A DNA stretch of 64,000 nt. Source: a candidate division WOR-3 bacterium (GTDB lineage: Bacteria; Hydrothermota; 32-111). The notes below the pieces were generated by a model. The model was not told where the DNA came from and did no database searches. It was given only the letters and a program-made list of their open reading frames with translations. The position numbers and the translations under genes are program-made. Below, in pieces: positions 47,106 through 57,579 of this stretch; positions within the stretch are counted from its first letter, which is position 1; each line of letters starts with the position of its first letter. The stretch lies in assembly GCA_039804105.1 (NCBI GenBank), contig JBDRZU010000001.1, forward strand, positions 128,001 to 192,000, read 5' to 3'.

Positions 47106-48858
47106 TATAATTTTAAGGGGTTATCCTGCATCTCCAGGTCTTGTGAAAGGCAAAATAAAAATTTTGAGTAATAAGATAGAAGTTATACAGGAATATGATG
47201 TTAACGATATAGAAAAGGAGGTCGAAAGATTTTTAACTGCAATTGAGGAATCAAAGCGTGAACTACTTGAAAATAAAAAAAACATTAAGGAAACGGTTGG
47301 TGACCAGTATGAGGAAATTTTTGAAGCGCAGATTCTTGCACTTGAAGATATGAGTGTTATAGAAAAAAGTATAAAAAATATAAGGGAAACAAAAAAGAAT
47401 GCTGAATCAGTTTATAAAAATGTTGTATCTGAAATACTTGAAAAAATGCAAAAAACGGATAACAAATATCTTAAAGAGAGAAGTTTTGATATAATAGATG
47501 TTATGAACAGAGTTTTAAAAAGGCTAAAAAACAGGGATGAGGAATCTTTACAATCCTTTGAAGAAATAATAATAGGTGCTTTTAACCTGACTCCAACTGA
47601 AACTATGAAATTTGATAAAAAAAGTATACTTGGAATCGTAACAGAAAGTGGAGGAATGACAAGTCATTCATCTATATTAGCGAGAGCACTCAATATCCCT
47701 GCTGTTGTAAATGTTAAAAACTTTCTTTCAAATGTTAACGACGGTGATATCGTTATAGTTGATGGTTATACTGGAACTGTGATCATTGATCCAGATGAAA
47801 ATTCTGAAAAAACTTTTAAAAAACGAAAAGAGGAATACAAAAATTACAATCTCAAGTTAATGGAGATGAAGGATGAAGAATCTGTGACCATAGATGGCAG
47901 AAATATAGATCTATCGGCGAATATAGAACTTCTTGAAGAACTTGGTGAAGTTAAAAAGTATGGTGGAAGGGGAATCGGACTTTTTCGAACCGAATTCATA
48001 TTTCTTGAAGAGAACGGATATCCCACTGTTGAAAAGCAAGAAAACATATATAGAAAGATAGCAGAATCGGTTTTCCCTGATTCTGTTATTATAAGGACTG
48101 TTGATATTGGAGGTGATAAACCGATTTATGTAAGAAACAAAGAAGAAAATCCATTTTTGGGTTTTAGAGGTATCAGGGTTTCGCTTGGTAATGAAAAAAT
48201 CTTAAGGGACCAGTTCAAAGCGATATTGAAGGCAAGTTCTAAAAAAAATTTGAAGATAATGCTTCCCATGGTATCGAAAATAGATGAAGTTATAAAAGCA
48301 AAAATGGTTTTAGATGATATAAAAAAGGAACTCTTTAACCAGCAGATCGATTTTGATAAAGATATTGAACTTGGAATAATGGTTGAAGTTCCCTCTGCCG
48401 CAATAATGGCTGAAGAGTTTGCAAAGTATGTGGATTTCTTTTCACTTGGGACAAACGATCTTACACAGTATACACTCGCAGTTGATAGAAACAATAATAA
48501 TGTTTCCTCATATTTTGATTCTCTTGATCCTGCTGTTTTAAAACTTATCAAGTTCACGATCGATGCTGCTCATGAGGCAAATATATGGGCGGGAGTATGT
48601 GGGGAACTTTCTTCTGATCCAATAGCGATACCGATTCTTGTTGGACTCGGAGTTGATGAATTATCGATGTCTCCCATCTTCATACCTGAGATTAAGATGA
48701 TAATCAAACAACTTTCCTATGAGGAAACAAAAGAGATCGCAAAAAACGCTTTGCTTTTGAAATCATCTGAAAAGGTGAGAGAGTATATGAAAGGAATAAT
48801 TTCTGAAAAATTCCCAAATCTCATAAAATATTTTCTTGGAGAGTTCTATGACAAATAG
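47095..48858 (+). CDS. ptsI: PTS enzyme I
   Basis: GGMTSHSSI phospho-His, GIGLFRTEF, ENPFLGFRG, SLGTNDLTQY and CGE. Confidence 0.96.
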   Translation: MRSNIILRGYPASPGLVKGKIKILSNKIEVIQEYDVNDIEKEVERFLTAIEESKRELLENKKNIKETVGDQYEEIFEAQILALEDMSVIEKSIKNIRETKKNAESVYKNVVSEILEKMQKTDNKYLKERSFDIIDVMNRVLKRLKNRDEESLQSFEEIIIGAFNLTPTETMKFDKKSILGIVTESGGMTSHSSILARALNIPAVVNVKNFLSNVNDGDIVIVDGYTGTVIIDPDENSEKTFKKRKEEYKNYNLKLMEMKDEESVTIDGRNIDLSANIELLEELGEVKKYGGRGIGLFRTEFIFLEENGYPTVEKQENIYRKIAESVFPDSVIIRTVDIGGDKPIYVRNKEENPFLGFRGIRVSLGNEKILRDQFKAILKASSKKNLKIMLPMVSKIDEVIKAKMVLDDIKKELFNQQIDFDKDIELGIMVEVPSAAIMAEEFAKYVDFFSLGTNDLTQYTLAVDRNNNNVSSYFDSLDPAVLKLIKFTIDAAHEANIWAGVCGELSSDPIAIPILVGLGVDELSMSPIFIPEIKMIIKQLSYEETKEIAKNALLLKSSEKVREYMKGIISEKFPNLIKYFLGEFYDK

Positions 48859-49837
48859 TGATATGTTATCACTCATAAAAAGTTTCCCATCATTTTTTCT
48901 TGATGGTTTTAATCTTGATGACAAAAAGTTCGAACTGAAAAAAATCGAAAACATTGTATATACTGGAATGGGAGGAAGTGCGATCGCTGGAGATGTTTTG
49001 AAAGAAATCATCTATCCATTCTCTCCTGTTCCTTTCGAAGTTGTAAGAAATTACAATCTTCCACACTATGTAAACGAGAAGACCTTTTTAATTGTATCAT
49101 CATTTTCTGGGAACACTGAGGAAACCTTAAAATGCTTTAAAGATGGGTTGAACAGAAAAGCAAAAATTTTAACACTTTCCAGTGGTGGTGAATTGGAAAA
49201 GCTCTCAAAGAAAAATGGGATTAAAAATATTAAACTGAATCTTGATTGTCCACCGAGAGCGGCACTTGGTATGACTCTTGGGGCTTTGTTAAAAAAGATG
49301 GTTTACATTTTAAAGGATAAAAATTTTGAAAATGAAATAAATGATGCTGTTCTTAAACTATCAGAATACTCTTTTGATGATGAAAATGCAAAGAAGGTAG
49401 CAAAAATTTTAAAAGGTAAAATAGTTAATATTTATACTGATTCGAACTTTTCCGCAGTTGTCAGAAGGTTTTCTAACCAGCTTCATGAAAACTCAAAACA
49501 CTTTTCTCATTTCAACTTTCTACCTGAAATGGATCATAATGAGATAGTTGGGCTTGAAAAGCCGGCATTTATAAAGTCGAAAATCTACATTTTATTTATA
49601 ATCTTTAAACAGATGAATGAAAGAAATAAAAAAAGAACGATGATAACAAATAAAATTTTAAGAGATTGTGGTTTTCAGACGATGATATTTGAGTTTGATG
49701 ATCAAAATAAGATTTTCAATATTTTAGATAGTATAATAACTTTTGATCTTATATCATATTACCTTGCGATCGAAAATCGGGTTGATCCTATAAAAATTGA
49801 AAGGATCGATATTCTTAAAAAAAGGATGAAAGAATGA
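48848..49837 (+). CDS. Bifunctional phosphoglucose/phosphomannose isomerase
   Basis: GMGGSAIAG, SSFSGNTEET, ENSK and PEMDHNE. Confidence 0.88.
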   Translation: MTNSDMLSLIKSFPSFFLDGFNLDDKKFELKKIENIVYTGMGGSAIAGDVLKEIIYPFSPVPFEVVRNYNLPHYVNEKTFLIVSSFSGNTEETLKCFKDGLNRKAKILTLSSGGELEKLSKKNGIKNIKLNLDCPPRAALGMTLGALLKKMVYILKDKNFENEINDAVLKLSEYSFDDENAKKVAKILKGKIVNIYTDSNFSAVVRRFSNQLHENSKHFSHFNFLPEMDHNEIVGLEKPAFIKSKIYILFIIFKQMNERNKKRTMITNKILRDCGFQTMIFEFDDQNKIFNILDSIITFDLISYYLAIENRVDPIKIERIDILKKRMKE

Positions 49838-50781
49838 AAGCTATAATACCTGCAGCAGGTATCGGTAAAAGATTGCAACCTCTTACATTCTTTTTACCAA
49901 AACCTTTATTCTATGTTGGAAGTAAAAGAATAATAGATTATGTTATTCTTTCACTATCGGAAGTTGAAATAGATGAATATATTATAATTGTTGGATACAA
50001 AAAAGATATGTTGAAAGAATACCTTTTAAAGAATTATCCTGACAAAAAATTTACATTTGTTGAACAGGAAAAACAATCTGGATTAGGTGATGCAGTTTTT
50101 ATAGGATTAAAAGAGATTGGTGAGAATGATTATCCTTTGGTTATCCTTCTCTCAGATACCATTATCGATATTGATGTAAAGAAATTTTTGAAAACAAAAA
50201 ACTCTAAAATCGCTTTGATGGAAGTAGATGATCCGAAAAGGTTTGGTGTTGCAAAAATTTCTGAGAATTTTGTTTTAGATGTTGTTGAAAAACCTGAAAA
50301 TTATGTTTCAAACAAAGCGATAGTTGGTTTCTATTACTTTAAATCTTCAAAAAAACTTTTTGATTCATTAAGGTATCTTTATGAAAACAACATTAAAACA
50401 AGAGGTGAAATACAGTTGACAGATGGTATAAAAAAATTGATAGAAGATGGGGAAAAGATTGAATATGGTGATGTTAAAAAATGGATTGATTGTGGTGATT
50501 TTGAAACTCTATTGAAAGCAAACAGTTTATTGTTAAAAATCGAAAAAAGAAAGAATTTTATAGATCCTACTGCTTATTTGGAAAATTTAAAGGTTTCAAA
50601 AAATTGTTCAATTTTCAAAAATGCTAAACTGTTTAATACAAAAATTGAAAATTCAATAGTTGGAAACAATGTTGTTTTAAAAAATTGTAAAATAAAAAAT
50701 TCGATAATAGGCGATAATTCAAATTTGGAGAATTTCAAGGGTTCAATAATCTGTGGTGAAAATACAATAATAAAAAAATAA
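49834..50781 (+). CDS. Sugar-phosphate nucleotidyltransferase with a left-handed beta-helix tail
   Basis: IPAAGIGKRLQPLT...PKPL, GEIQLTD, WIDCG and hexapeptide repeats. Confidence 0.88.
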   Translation: MKAIIPAAGIGKRLQPLTFFLPKPLFYVGSKRIIDYVILSLSEVEIDEYIIIVGYKKDMLKEYLLKNYPDKKFTFVEQEKQSGLGDAVFIGLKEIGENDYPLVILLSDTIIDIDVKKFLKTKNSKIALMEVDDPKRFGVAKISENFVLDVVEKPENYVSNKAIVGFYYFKSSKKLFDSLRYLYENNIKTRGEIQLTDGIKKLIEDGEKIEYGDVKKWIDCGDFETLLKANSLLLKIEKRKNFIDPTAYLENLKVSKNCSIFKNAKLFNTKIENSIVGNNVVLKNCKIKNSIIGDNSNLENFKGSIICGENTIIKK

Positions 50782-50795
50782 AAAAGGAGTAGAAG

Positions 50796-51932
50796 ATGAA
50801 AAGATTTTTAACTTCAGAATCGGTGGCGGAAGGGCATCCTGATAAACTCTGTGATATCATATCGGATTCCTTACTCGATTCTATACTCGAACAGGATCCA
50901 AATGCAAGGGTCGCAGCTGAGACGATGGCAGCTACGGGCATGATAATAATAACTGGAGAGATTACAACAACATGTTATGTTGATACTCAAAAACTTGTTA
51001 GAAATGTAGTCAAAGAGGTTGGATACACGGATCCTGATTATGGTCTTGATTATCAAACCTGTGCGGTTGTTACATCGATACAGGAACAATCTCCAGATAT
51101 AGCGATGGGTGTAAACATCGGTGGAGCAGGTGACCAGGGGATGATGTTTGGATATGCGACGGACGAGACACCTGAACTTATGCCTATGACAATATCCTAT
51201 GCTCATAAACTTATAAAAAAAGTAGCTGAACTTAGAAAATTTGGTGATCTTGATTATCTTCGCCCTGATGGTAAATCACAGGTGACTGTCGAGTATGATG
51301 ATGGGGTTCCAACAAGGATAGATGCTATAGTTTTGAGTGTTCAGCACAATCCTGATGTTGACAGGAAAACGATAGAAAAGGATATGAAGAATCGAGTGAT
51401 AAATGAAGTTATCGATAGTAAGCTGATAGATTCAAGAACAAAGATTTTTGTTAACCCAACCGGAAGGTTTGTTGTTGGAGGCCCACTTGCTGATACTGGT
51501 TTGACTGGTCGAAAAATTATCGTTGATACCTATGGTGGAATGGCAAAACATGGTGGTGGATGTTTTTCAGGTAAGGATCCATCAAAGGTTGATAGATCAG
51601 CAGCGTATATGTGTAGATATATTGCAAAAAATCTTGTTGCTGCAGGTGTTGCAAAAAAAGTTGAAATCCAGGTCGCATATGCTATTGGTATAGCGGAACC
51701 AGTTTCAATTGCTGTTGATACTTTTAACACTTCAAAATATGATGATGAAAAAATCGTGAAAGTTATAAGAGAAATTTTTGATCTGACACCAAACGGTATA
51801 ATAGATCAGTTAAAACTCAGAAGACCTATATACAAAAAGACAGCTGCCTATGGGCATTTTGGAAGAGAAGAAGAGGGTTTCACATGGGAAGTTTGTGATA
51901 AAGTTGATGAGATAAAAAAGATTTTAAAATAA
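50796..51932 (+). CDS. metK: S-adenosylmethionine synthetase
   Basis: [28 protein letters not shown] and [12 protein letters not shown]. Confidence 0.97.
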   Translation: MKRFLTSESVAEGHPDKLCDIISDSLLDSILEQDPNARVAAETMAATGMIIITGEITTTCYVDTQKLVRNVVKEVGYTDPDYGLDYQTCAVVTSIQEQSPDIAMGVNIGGAGDQGMMFGYATDETPELMPMTISYAHKLIKKVAELRKFGDLDYLRPDGKSQVTVEYDDGVPTRIDAIVLSVQHNPDVDRKTIEKDMKNRVINEVIDSKLIDSRTKIFVNPTGRFVVGGPLADTGLTGRKIIVDTYGGMAKHGGGCFSGKDPSKVDRSAAYMCRYIAKNLVAAGVAKKVEIQVAYAIGIAEPVSIAVDTFNTSKYDDEKIVKVIREIFDLTPNGIIDQLKLRRPIYKKTAAYGHFGREEEGFTWEVCDKVDEIKKILK

Positions 51933-51942
51933 AGAGGTCAAG

Positions 51943-53199
51943 ATGAAGTATGATATTAAAGATATTAAACTTGCGGATAAGGGTTTGAAAAGGATCGAAT
52001 GGGCTTATCAGGATATGCCTGTTTTAAAAAGTATCTATGATGAATTTTCAAAAAATAAACCTTTGAAGAGTTTGAAAATCGGTGCTTGTCTACATGTTAC
52101 TTCAGAAACTGCAAATCTCATGAGAGTTTTAAAAGCTGGTGGTGCAGAAGTTTTTTTATGTGCTTCAAATCCTTTATCCACACAGGATGATGTCGCTGCA
52201 TCACTTGTTAAGGATTTTAAAATCCCGGTTTTTGCAAAAAAAGGAATAGATGATAAGGGATATTATAACCACATAAAGAGTGTTCTTCTGAACGAGCCAA
52301 ATGTTACGATGGATGATGGTGCTGATCTTGTAACGATGCTTCACAAAGAGTTTGTTCAACTTTCAAAAAAAATTGTTGGTGGAACAGAAGAAACTACAAC
52401 CGGTGTGATCAGGTTGAAAAGTATGGAAAAAAATGGAATCCTGAGATACCCAATAGTTGCTGTGAACGATTCGTATACAAAATTTATGTTTGACAACAGA
52501 TATGGAACAGGTCAGTCAACCATAGATGGGATACTTCGTGCAACCAACAGGTTGCTTGCTGGTTCAACATTCGTGGTCGCAGGGTATGGCTGGTGTGGTA
52601 GAGGACTCGCTTTTAAAGCGAGAGGTCTTGGAGCGAATGTTATAGTTACTGAAGTTGATCCAGTTAAAGCTCTTGAGGCATTGATGGATGGTTTCAGGGT
52701 TATGAAAATGGATGATGCCTGTAAAGAAGCTGATTTTATAGTTACTCTGACAGGTGATATAAATGTAGTAGATGAAAAACATTTCAAAATTATGAAGAAT
52801 AATTGTATCGTTGCAAATTCGGGTCATTTTGACGTTGAAATAAATAAAAAAGCTCTTGAAAAGTTGACCCTTAGAAAAAAAGAGATAAGACCATTCCTTG
52901 TAGAACATACTTTAAAAGATCAGAAGAAAGTATATCTTTTAGCTGAAGGAAGGTTGATAAATCTTGCATCAGCAGAAGGACATCCTGCATGTGTAATGGA
53001 TATGTCTTTTGCAAATCAGGCGCTGTCAGTAAAATATATAAAAGAAAACCATCCAAAACTTTCCAAGAAAGTTTATAAACTCCCTGATGAGATCGATGTT
53101 GATATAGCAAGAAGGAAATTGAAATCTATGGGAGTTAAGTATGATAAACTAACAAAAGAACAGGAAGAATATTTAAAATCATGGGAAGAAGGGACATAA
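51943..53199 (+). CDS. ahcY: Adenosylhomocysteinase
   Basis: SNPLSTQD, EETTTG, FDNRYGTGQS, GYGWCG and GHP. Confidence 0.97.
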   Translation: MKYDIKDIKLADKGLKRIEWAYQDMPVLKSIYDEFSKNKPLKSLKIGACLHVTSETANLMRVLKAGGAEVFLCASNPLSTQDDVAASLVKDFKIPVFAKKGIDDKGYYNHIKSVLLNEPNVTMDDGADLVTMLHKEFVQLSKKIVGGTEETTTGVIRLKSMEKNGILRYPIVAVNDSYTKFMFDNRYGTGQSTIDGILRATNRLLAGSTFVVAGYGWCGRGLAFKARGLGANVIVTEVDPVKALEALMDGFRVMKMDDACKEADFIVTLTGDINVVDEKHFKIMKNNCIVANSGHFDVEINKKALEKLTLRKKEIRPFLVEHTLKDQKKVYLLAEGRLINLASAEGHPACVMDMSFANQALSVKYIKENHPKLSKKVYKLPDEIDVDIARRKLKSMGVKYDKLTKEQEEYLKSWEEGT

Positions 53200-54143
53200 G
53201 AGTTACAATTGTTGTTCCCATCTTCAACGAAGATGGGAACATTGAAAAACTTTATGAGGAATTGAAAGATAGTTTAAGAGATTATGAATATGAAATAATA
53301 TTTATTGATGATGGTTCGACCGATAATTCTTTTAAAATTCTTGAAAGTTTATCTTTAAAGGATTCGAATATAAAAGTAGTTCAACTCGCAAGGAATTTTG
53401 GACAATCCGCTGCTTTCCAAGCAGGTTTTGACAACGCAAAGAATGATATTCTTGTAACAATAGATGGAGATCTTCAAAATGATCCGAAAGATATACCATT
53501 GATGATAGATCACCTTTTGAAAAATGATTATGACATGGTTGTTGGATGGAGGAAGAAAAGACAGGATCCTCTCTTTTCGAAAAAGATTCCTTCACTTATT
53601 GCGAATAGGATAATTTCATCTTTTTTAAAACTTAAAATCCACGATACAGGTTGTACTCTTAAGGTTTTCAAAAGATCGGTTTTAAAGGATCTGAACCTGT
53701 ATGGACAGATGCATAGGTTTATCCCATATCTTTTGTATTCAAAAGGTTATAGAATAGGTGAAGTTAAGGTTAATCATAGAAAAAGGTTTAAAGGAAAAAG
53801 TAAATATGGGTTTTCAAGAATAATAAATGTTCTACTCGATCTTTTAACTGTAAAGTTTCTTAACGATTTTTCAACAAATCCGATATACATAATTGGAGGA
53901 CTATCATTTTTATCTTTTATCTTTGGAATAATTTCCTTTATTTTACTCATTCTTATGAAGATCTTTCAGAATGTTGATATGACTGGTAACCCTTTACTTC
54001 TGATATCGGTTTTCCTGTTTTTGATTTCAGTTCAACTTTTAATGATTGGATTGTTAAGTGAAATTATCATAAGGACATATTTTGAGACAACAAGGAAAGG
54101 AATTTATAGAGTGAAAAGATTCTTGGGTGATGATAAAAAATAA
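53181..54143 (+). CDS. GT2 polyprenyl-phosphate glycosyltransferase (GtrB/ArnC-like)
   Basis: VPIFNE, DDGSTD, RNFGQSAA, DGDLQNDP, MHRFIP and two C-terminal TM helices. Confidence 0.88.
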   Translation: MGRRDIRVTIVVPIFNEDGNIEKLYEELKDSLRDYEYEIIFIDDGSTDNSFKILESLSLKDSNIKVVQLARNFGQSAAFQAGFDNAKNDILVTIDGDLQNDPKDIPLMIDHLLKNDYDMVVGWRKKRQDPLFSKKIPSLIANRIISSFLKLKIHDTGCTLKVFKRSVLKDLNLYGQMHRFIPYLLYSKGYRIGEVKVNHRKRFKGKSKYGFSRIINVLLDLLTVKFLNDFSTNPIYIIGGLSFLSFIFGIISFILLILMKIFQNVDMTGNPLLLISVFLFLISVQLLMIGLLSEIIIRTYFETTRKGIYRVKRFLGDDKK

Positions 54144-55134
54144 AAATATCCTTGCTTTATGTACAACAGCATTTTTCAACGATCGTGGTTGTCATACAAG
54201 AATTTTAAAGATTTTGAAATTTATGGAAAAAGAAGGTAACAGGATTGATATACTTACATATTCATACGGGAGAGATTTGAACAGCTTTAAGATATTTAGA
54301 ATTAAAAGATTGTTCAAAGATTTTGATCCTGTTGGATTCCATCCTTTGAAAATTCTTTTTGATATTCAAATTTTTTTCAAAACTTTAAAAATGCTACAAA
54401 AAAAAGAATATGATTACCTTCTGTCTTTCACACATGAAGCGGGAATAATCTCTTTGATGATAAAACTTCTCTATGGAAAAGAGTATGTTCTTGACTATCA
54501 GGGATCACTTTATTCTGAAATGACAATCTCAAATCCTGTTTTTAGATTTCCTCCATTTTCTTTTATAATTCGTTTTGTCGAAGAAATAGTTGAAAAAAAG
54601 AGTTTTGGAATAATCTATAACACTAATTTTAATTTTAAAAGGTCAAAAAAGAAAAGCAAATTTTATGTCAATGACGATATTTTTGAAGAGAATAAAAAAA
54701 TTACACACGATGTGAACAAGGATAAAATGTTTAAAATCGTCTGGCTCGGTATCAACACGAAGGTTCAAAATTTAAAAGGTTTTCTTGAAATAGCAGAAAA
54801 TATTCTTAAGAAAAAAAAGAATGTAGTTTTTTATATAATATCTTTTCCAATAAGTAAAAATACGAAAAACAAGTATAATGTATATCGTGACAGAATAATT
54901 TTTCTTGAAAAGATACCATTTGAAAGTTTACCGGAATATTTAAAGGACGCTGATATGTGTATCAGTACAAAACTTGATTCAACAGAAGGCAGTGGCAAAC
55001 TCCATCTCTATAAGAGATTTTGTAAAAATATCTTGTCTCTTGATTCAAAAATTTCAAGGGAAGTTTTAAATGAAGTTGAAATCGTAAAAAATGTTGAAGA
55101 GATGGAAGAGAGAATTTTAGAGAGGATCCGATGA
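54130..55134 (+). CDS. Divergent GT4-family glycosyltransferase
   Basis: RGCHTRI N-terminal motif and the ADMCISTK...EGSGK donor-binding region. Confidence 0.6.
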   Translation: MIKNKNILALCTTAFFNDRGCHTRILKILKFMEKEGNRIDILTYSYGRDLNSFKIFRIKRLFKDFDPVGFHPLKILFDIQIFFKTLKMLQKKEYDYLLSFTHEAGIISLMIKLLYGKEYVLDYQGSLYSEMTISNPVFRFPPFSFIIRFVEEIVEKKSFGIIYNTNFNFKRSKKKSKFYVNDDIFEENKKITHDVNKDKMFKIVWLGINTKVQNLKGFLEIAENILKKKKNVVFYIISFPISKNTKNKYNVYRDRIIFLEKIPFESLPEYLKDADMCISTKLDSTEGSGKLHLYKRFCKNILSLDSKISREVLNEVEIVKNVEEMEERILERIR

Positions 55135-55808
55135 TCTTTGAGCTGTTTTTGATCATTATTTCGATTATACTTTTAATATTTGATTTAGAAATTTTAGTAA
55201 TTCTTTTACTTTTGTTACTTTTCATTTTCAAAATATATCTTTTTTTGAAAAGACAAAACAGAACAAACAATCATAAAAAGTATTTTATTACATCTTCATC
55301 TTTGACAAATAGACTACTTTATGACCTTTTAATCGCGAACGTTTTGGAAGGTGAATTTTTTATACCATCAAAAGAAAACATTGATAACTATAACGAGTTT
55401 ACCTTAAAGACGATGCAACTATTAAAGAAAAGAGGAACAATTTTTTATTCGAATGTTGATAACAGAATTTCCGATATATTATCCTATTCATATAAAAATA
55501 ATTTGATTTTAATAATTACCGAAGAAAAGATACCAAAAAATCTGTTAAAGATGTTCAATATTAAAATTATTGATCTTTCGTCTTTTGAGAACAAAAAAGA
55601 AGAAGAGTATAAGGGGCTAAGATTTAAGGTTAAGGTGATGGAAAAAACTGAAGATGGTTATTACTGCAAGAGAATCGATCAGAAAGAAGTAATAATTTTT
55701 TTGAAAGATGGTGAGTATCCTTTAAACGAAGATGAAGAATTGGATGTTGAAGTTGAAAGTATTTTTGAATCTCCACAAAAAAGGATAATATATGTTAGAA
55801 GAATCTAA
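55131..55808 (+). CDS. Degenerate YacL-like PIN/TRAM membrane protein
   Basis: TM helices, LEGEFFIP, TRAM-like end ([20 protein letters not shown]) and yacL-ispD-ispF synteny. Confidence 0.55.
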   Translation: MIFELFLIIISIILLIFDLEILVILLLLLLFIFKIYLFLKRQNRTNNHKKYFITSSSLTNRLLYDLLIANVLEGEFFIPSKENIDNYNEFTLKTMQLLKKRGTIFYSNVDNRISDILSYSYKNNLILIITEEKIPKNLLKMFNIKIIDLSSFENKKEEEYKGLRFKVKVMEKTEDGYYCKRIDQKEVIIFLKDGEYPLNEDEELDVEVESIFESPQKRIIYVRRI

Positions 55809-56511
55809 TGATTGTTTATCTTTTGTGGTCGTAGGTGCAGGTAAATCGAAAAGATTTTTGCATCACAAAAAGAAGATTTTTTATAAGATTAATGATCAGA
55901 TTCCAGTTTTTATTTTTTTATTGAAAAACATCAAAGATGTTTTTAAAGAAAAAGTTGAAATAATATTTGTTCATTCAAGTGAAGATAAACAAGAGATTGA
56001 AAGTTTATTAGATCATTATAATTTTGATTATGTCAAACTTGTTGAAGGCGGAGTTGAAAGACCTATTTCAGTTCTAAATGGACTTTCAAAATGTTCAAAT
56101 GAAATTATTTTTATCCATGATTGCGCAAGACCTTTTTTAAGTGAACAACTTTTATTTTTACTTTATAAAAGGTTCAAAGAATCAAAAAAACCGATTGCAC
56201 CTTACATAACGCCGAACGATACTGTTAGAATCTTAGAGAATGGTTATGTAAAAACATTAGATAGAGACAAGGTCATGCTCATTCAGACACCACAGGTTGT
56301 AACAAAAAGTTTGTATCTACCAATTTTAAAAAAGAATATAGAAGACAAAATTTTTTTGACAGACGATTTAGAATATCTAATTAAAGAAGGAATAGAAGTT
56401 GAATTTGTAGAAGGTGATAGAAATAATATAAAAATAACAAACCCACAAGATATAAATATTGTTGAAACAATTTACAAAGGATGGGGAAATGAAAGTTGGA
56501 ATCGGTATTGA
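55792..56511 (+). CDS. ispD: 2-C-methyl-D-erythritol 4-phosphate cytidylyltransferase
   Basis: [30 protein letters not shown] and NIKIT. Confidence 0.9.
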   Translation: MLEESNDCLSFVVVGAGKSKRFLHHKKKIFYKINDQIPVFIFLLKNIKDVFKEKVEIIFVHSSEDKQEIESLLDHYNFDYVKLVEGGVERPISVLNGLSKCSNEIIFIHDCARPFLSEQLLFLLYKRFKESKKPIAPYITPNDTVRILENGYVKTLDRDKVMLIQTPQVVTKSLYLPILKKNIEDKIFLTDDLEYLIKEGIEVEFVEGDRNNIKITNPQDINIVETIYKGWGNESWNRY

Positions 56512-56953
56512 TGCTCATAGGTTTTCCAGGGATAGAAAACTTATCCTTGGGGGAATTGAGATCCCTTATGAGATGGGACTCGATGGTCATTCTGATGCTG
56601 ATGTTTTAATACATGCTATTATAGATTCGATTTTAGGGGCACTTGGAAAAGGTGATATAGGTAGAATTTTCCCAGATTCAGAAGAAAAGTATCGAGGGAT
56701 TTACTCTATACTCTTACTTCAAAAGATAAAAGAAAAATTTAGTTTTGAAATTATAAATCTTGATACTGTTATAATTTGTCAAAAACCAAAACTTTTAAAT
56801 TATATGGATAAAATGGCTGAAACGATCGCACAGACACTTGGAATTGAGAAAGAAAAAGTTTCAGTGAAAGCAACGACGACCGAGTATATGGGATTTACAG
56901 GTAGAGGTGAAGGCATCTGTGCTGTTTCAATAGTTCTACTAAAGGAAAAATGA
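56489..56953 (+). CDS. ispF: MEcDP synthase
   Basis: GIDAH, GHSDADV, GDIG and KATTTE. Confidence 0.95.
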   Translation: MKVGIGIDAHRFSRDRKLILGGIEIPYEMGLDGHSDADVLIHAIIDSILGALGKGDIGRIFPDSEEKYRGIYSILLLQKIKEKFSFEIINLDTVIICQKPKLLNYMDKMAETIAQTLGIEKEKVSVKATTTEYMGFTGRGEGICAVSIVLLKEK

Positions 56954-57579
56954 TGAGGAATAAAATATTTATTTTTCTGATAATTCTGTTTTTATGTTCT
57001 ATTTTATTCTCTGCTGAAAATGGTAACAGGATTATAGATTTAATGAAAGAAAAGAATATTCCCCCTGGTTTTATAATACTTATTATTTCCATGTTACCTA
57101 TTTTCGAATTGAGATTGGGACTACCTTTAGCGATAACACTTTTTAAAATGAATTATTTCAGTGCACTCTTATTTTCTCTTTTAGGGAATTTTATTCCAGT
57201 GATACCTATTCTTTTACTCTTGAAAGGGGCTTACAAAGTTTTTGAGAAGGTAACACCCATAAAAAAGTTTTTCGATTGGATAATCGAAAGAACAGAAAAA
57301 AAATCTAAAGATATAAAAAAATATGAGTTCTGGGGTCTTGTTATTTTTGTAGGTATCCCTCTTCCAGGAACAGGTGCATGGACGGGGTCACTTGCAGCTG
57401 TGATATTGAATCTCGATTTTAAAAGATCTCTTGTGGCGATAACTCTTGGAATCATACTTGCTTCTATCATAGTTTCGATTTTTATTTTCATGGGTAAAAT
57501 TGGAGTTATTATCGCATCTTTGCTTCTTTTAATAATATATCTGGCAGAAATTTTTAAAACAAAAAGATATGAAAAGTAG
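56950..57579 (+). CDS. COG2426 small multidrug-export family membrane protein
   Basis: LPIFELR and [14 protein letters not shown]. Confidence 0.85.
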   Translation: MMRNKIFIFLIILFLCSILFSAENGNRIIDLMKEKNIPPGFIILIISMLPIFELRLGLPLAITLFKMNYFSALLFSLLGNFIPVIPILLLLKGAYKVFEKVTPIKKFFDWIIERTEKKSKDIKKYEFWGLVIFVGIPLPGTGAWTGSLAAVILNLDFKRSLVAITLGIILASIIVSIFIFMGKIGVIIASLLLLIIYLAEIFKTKRYEK

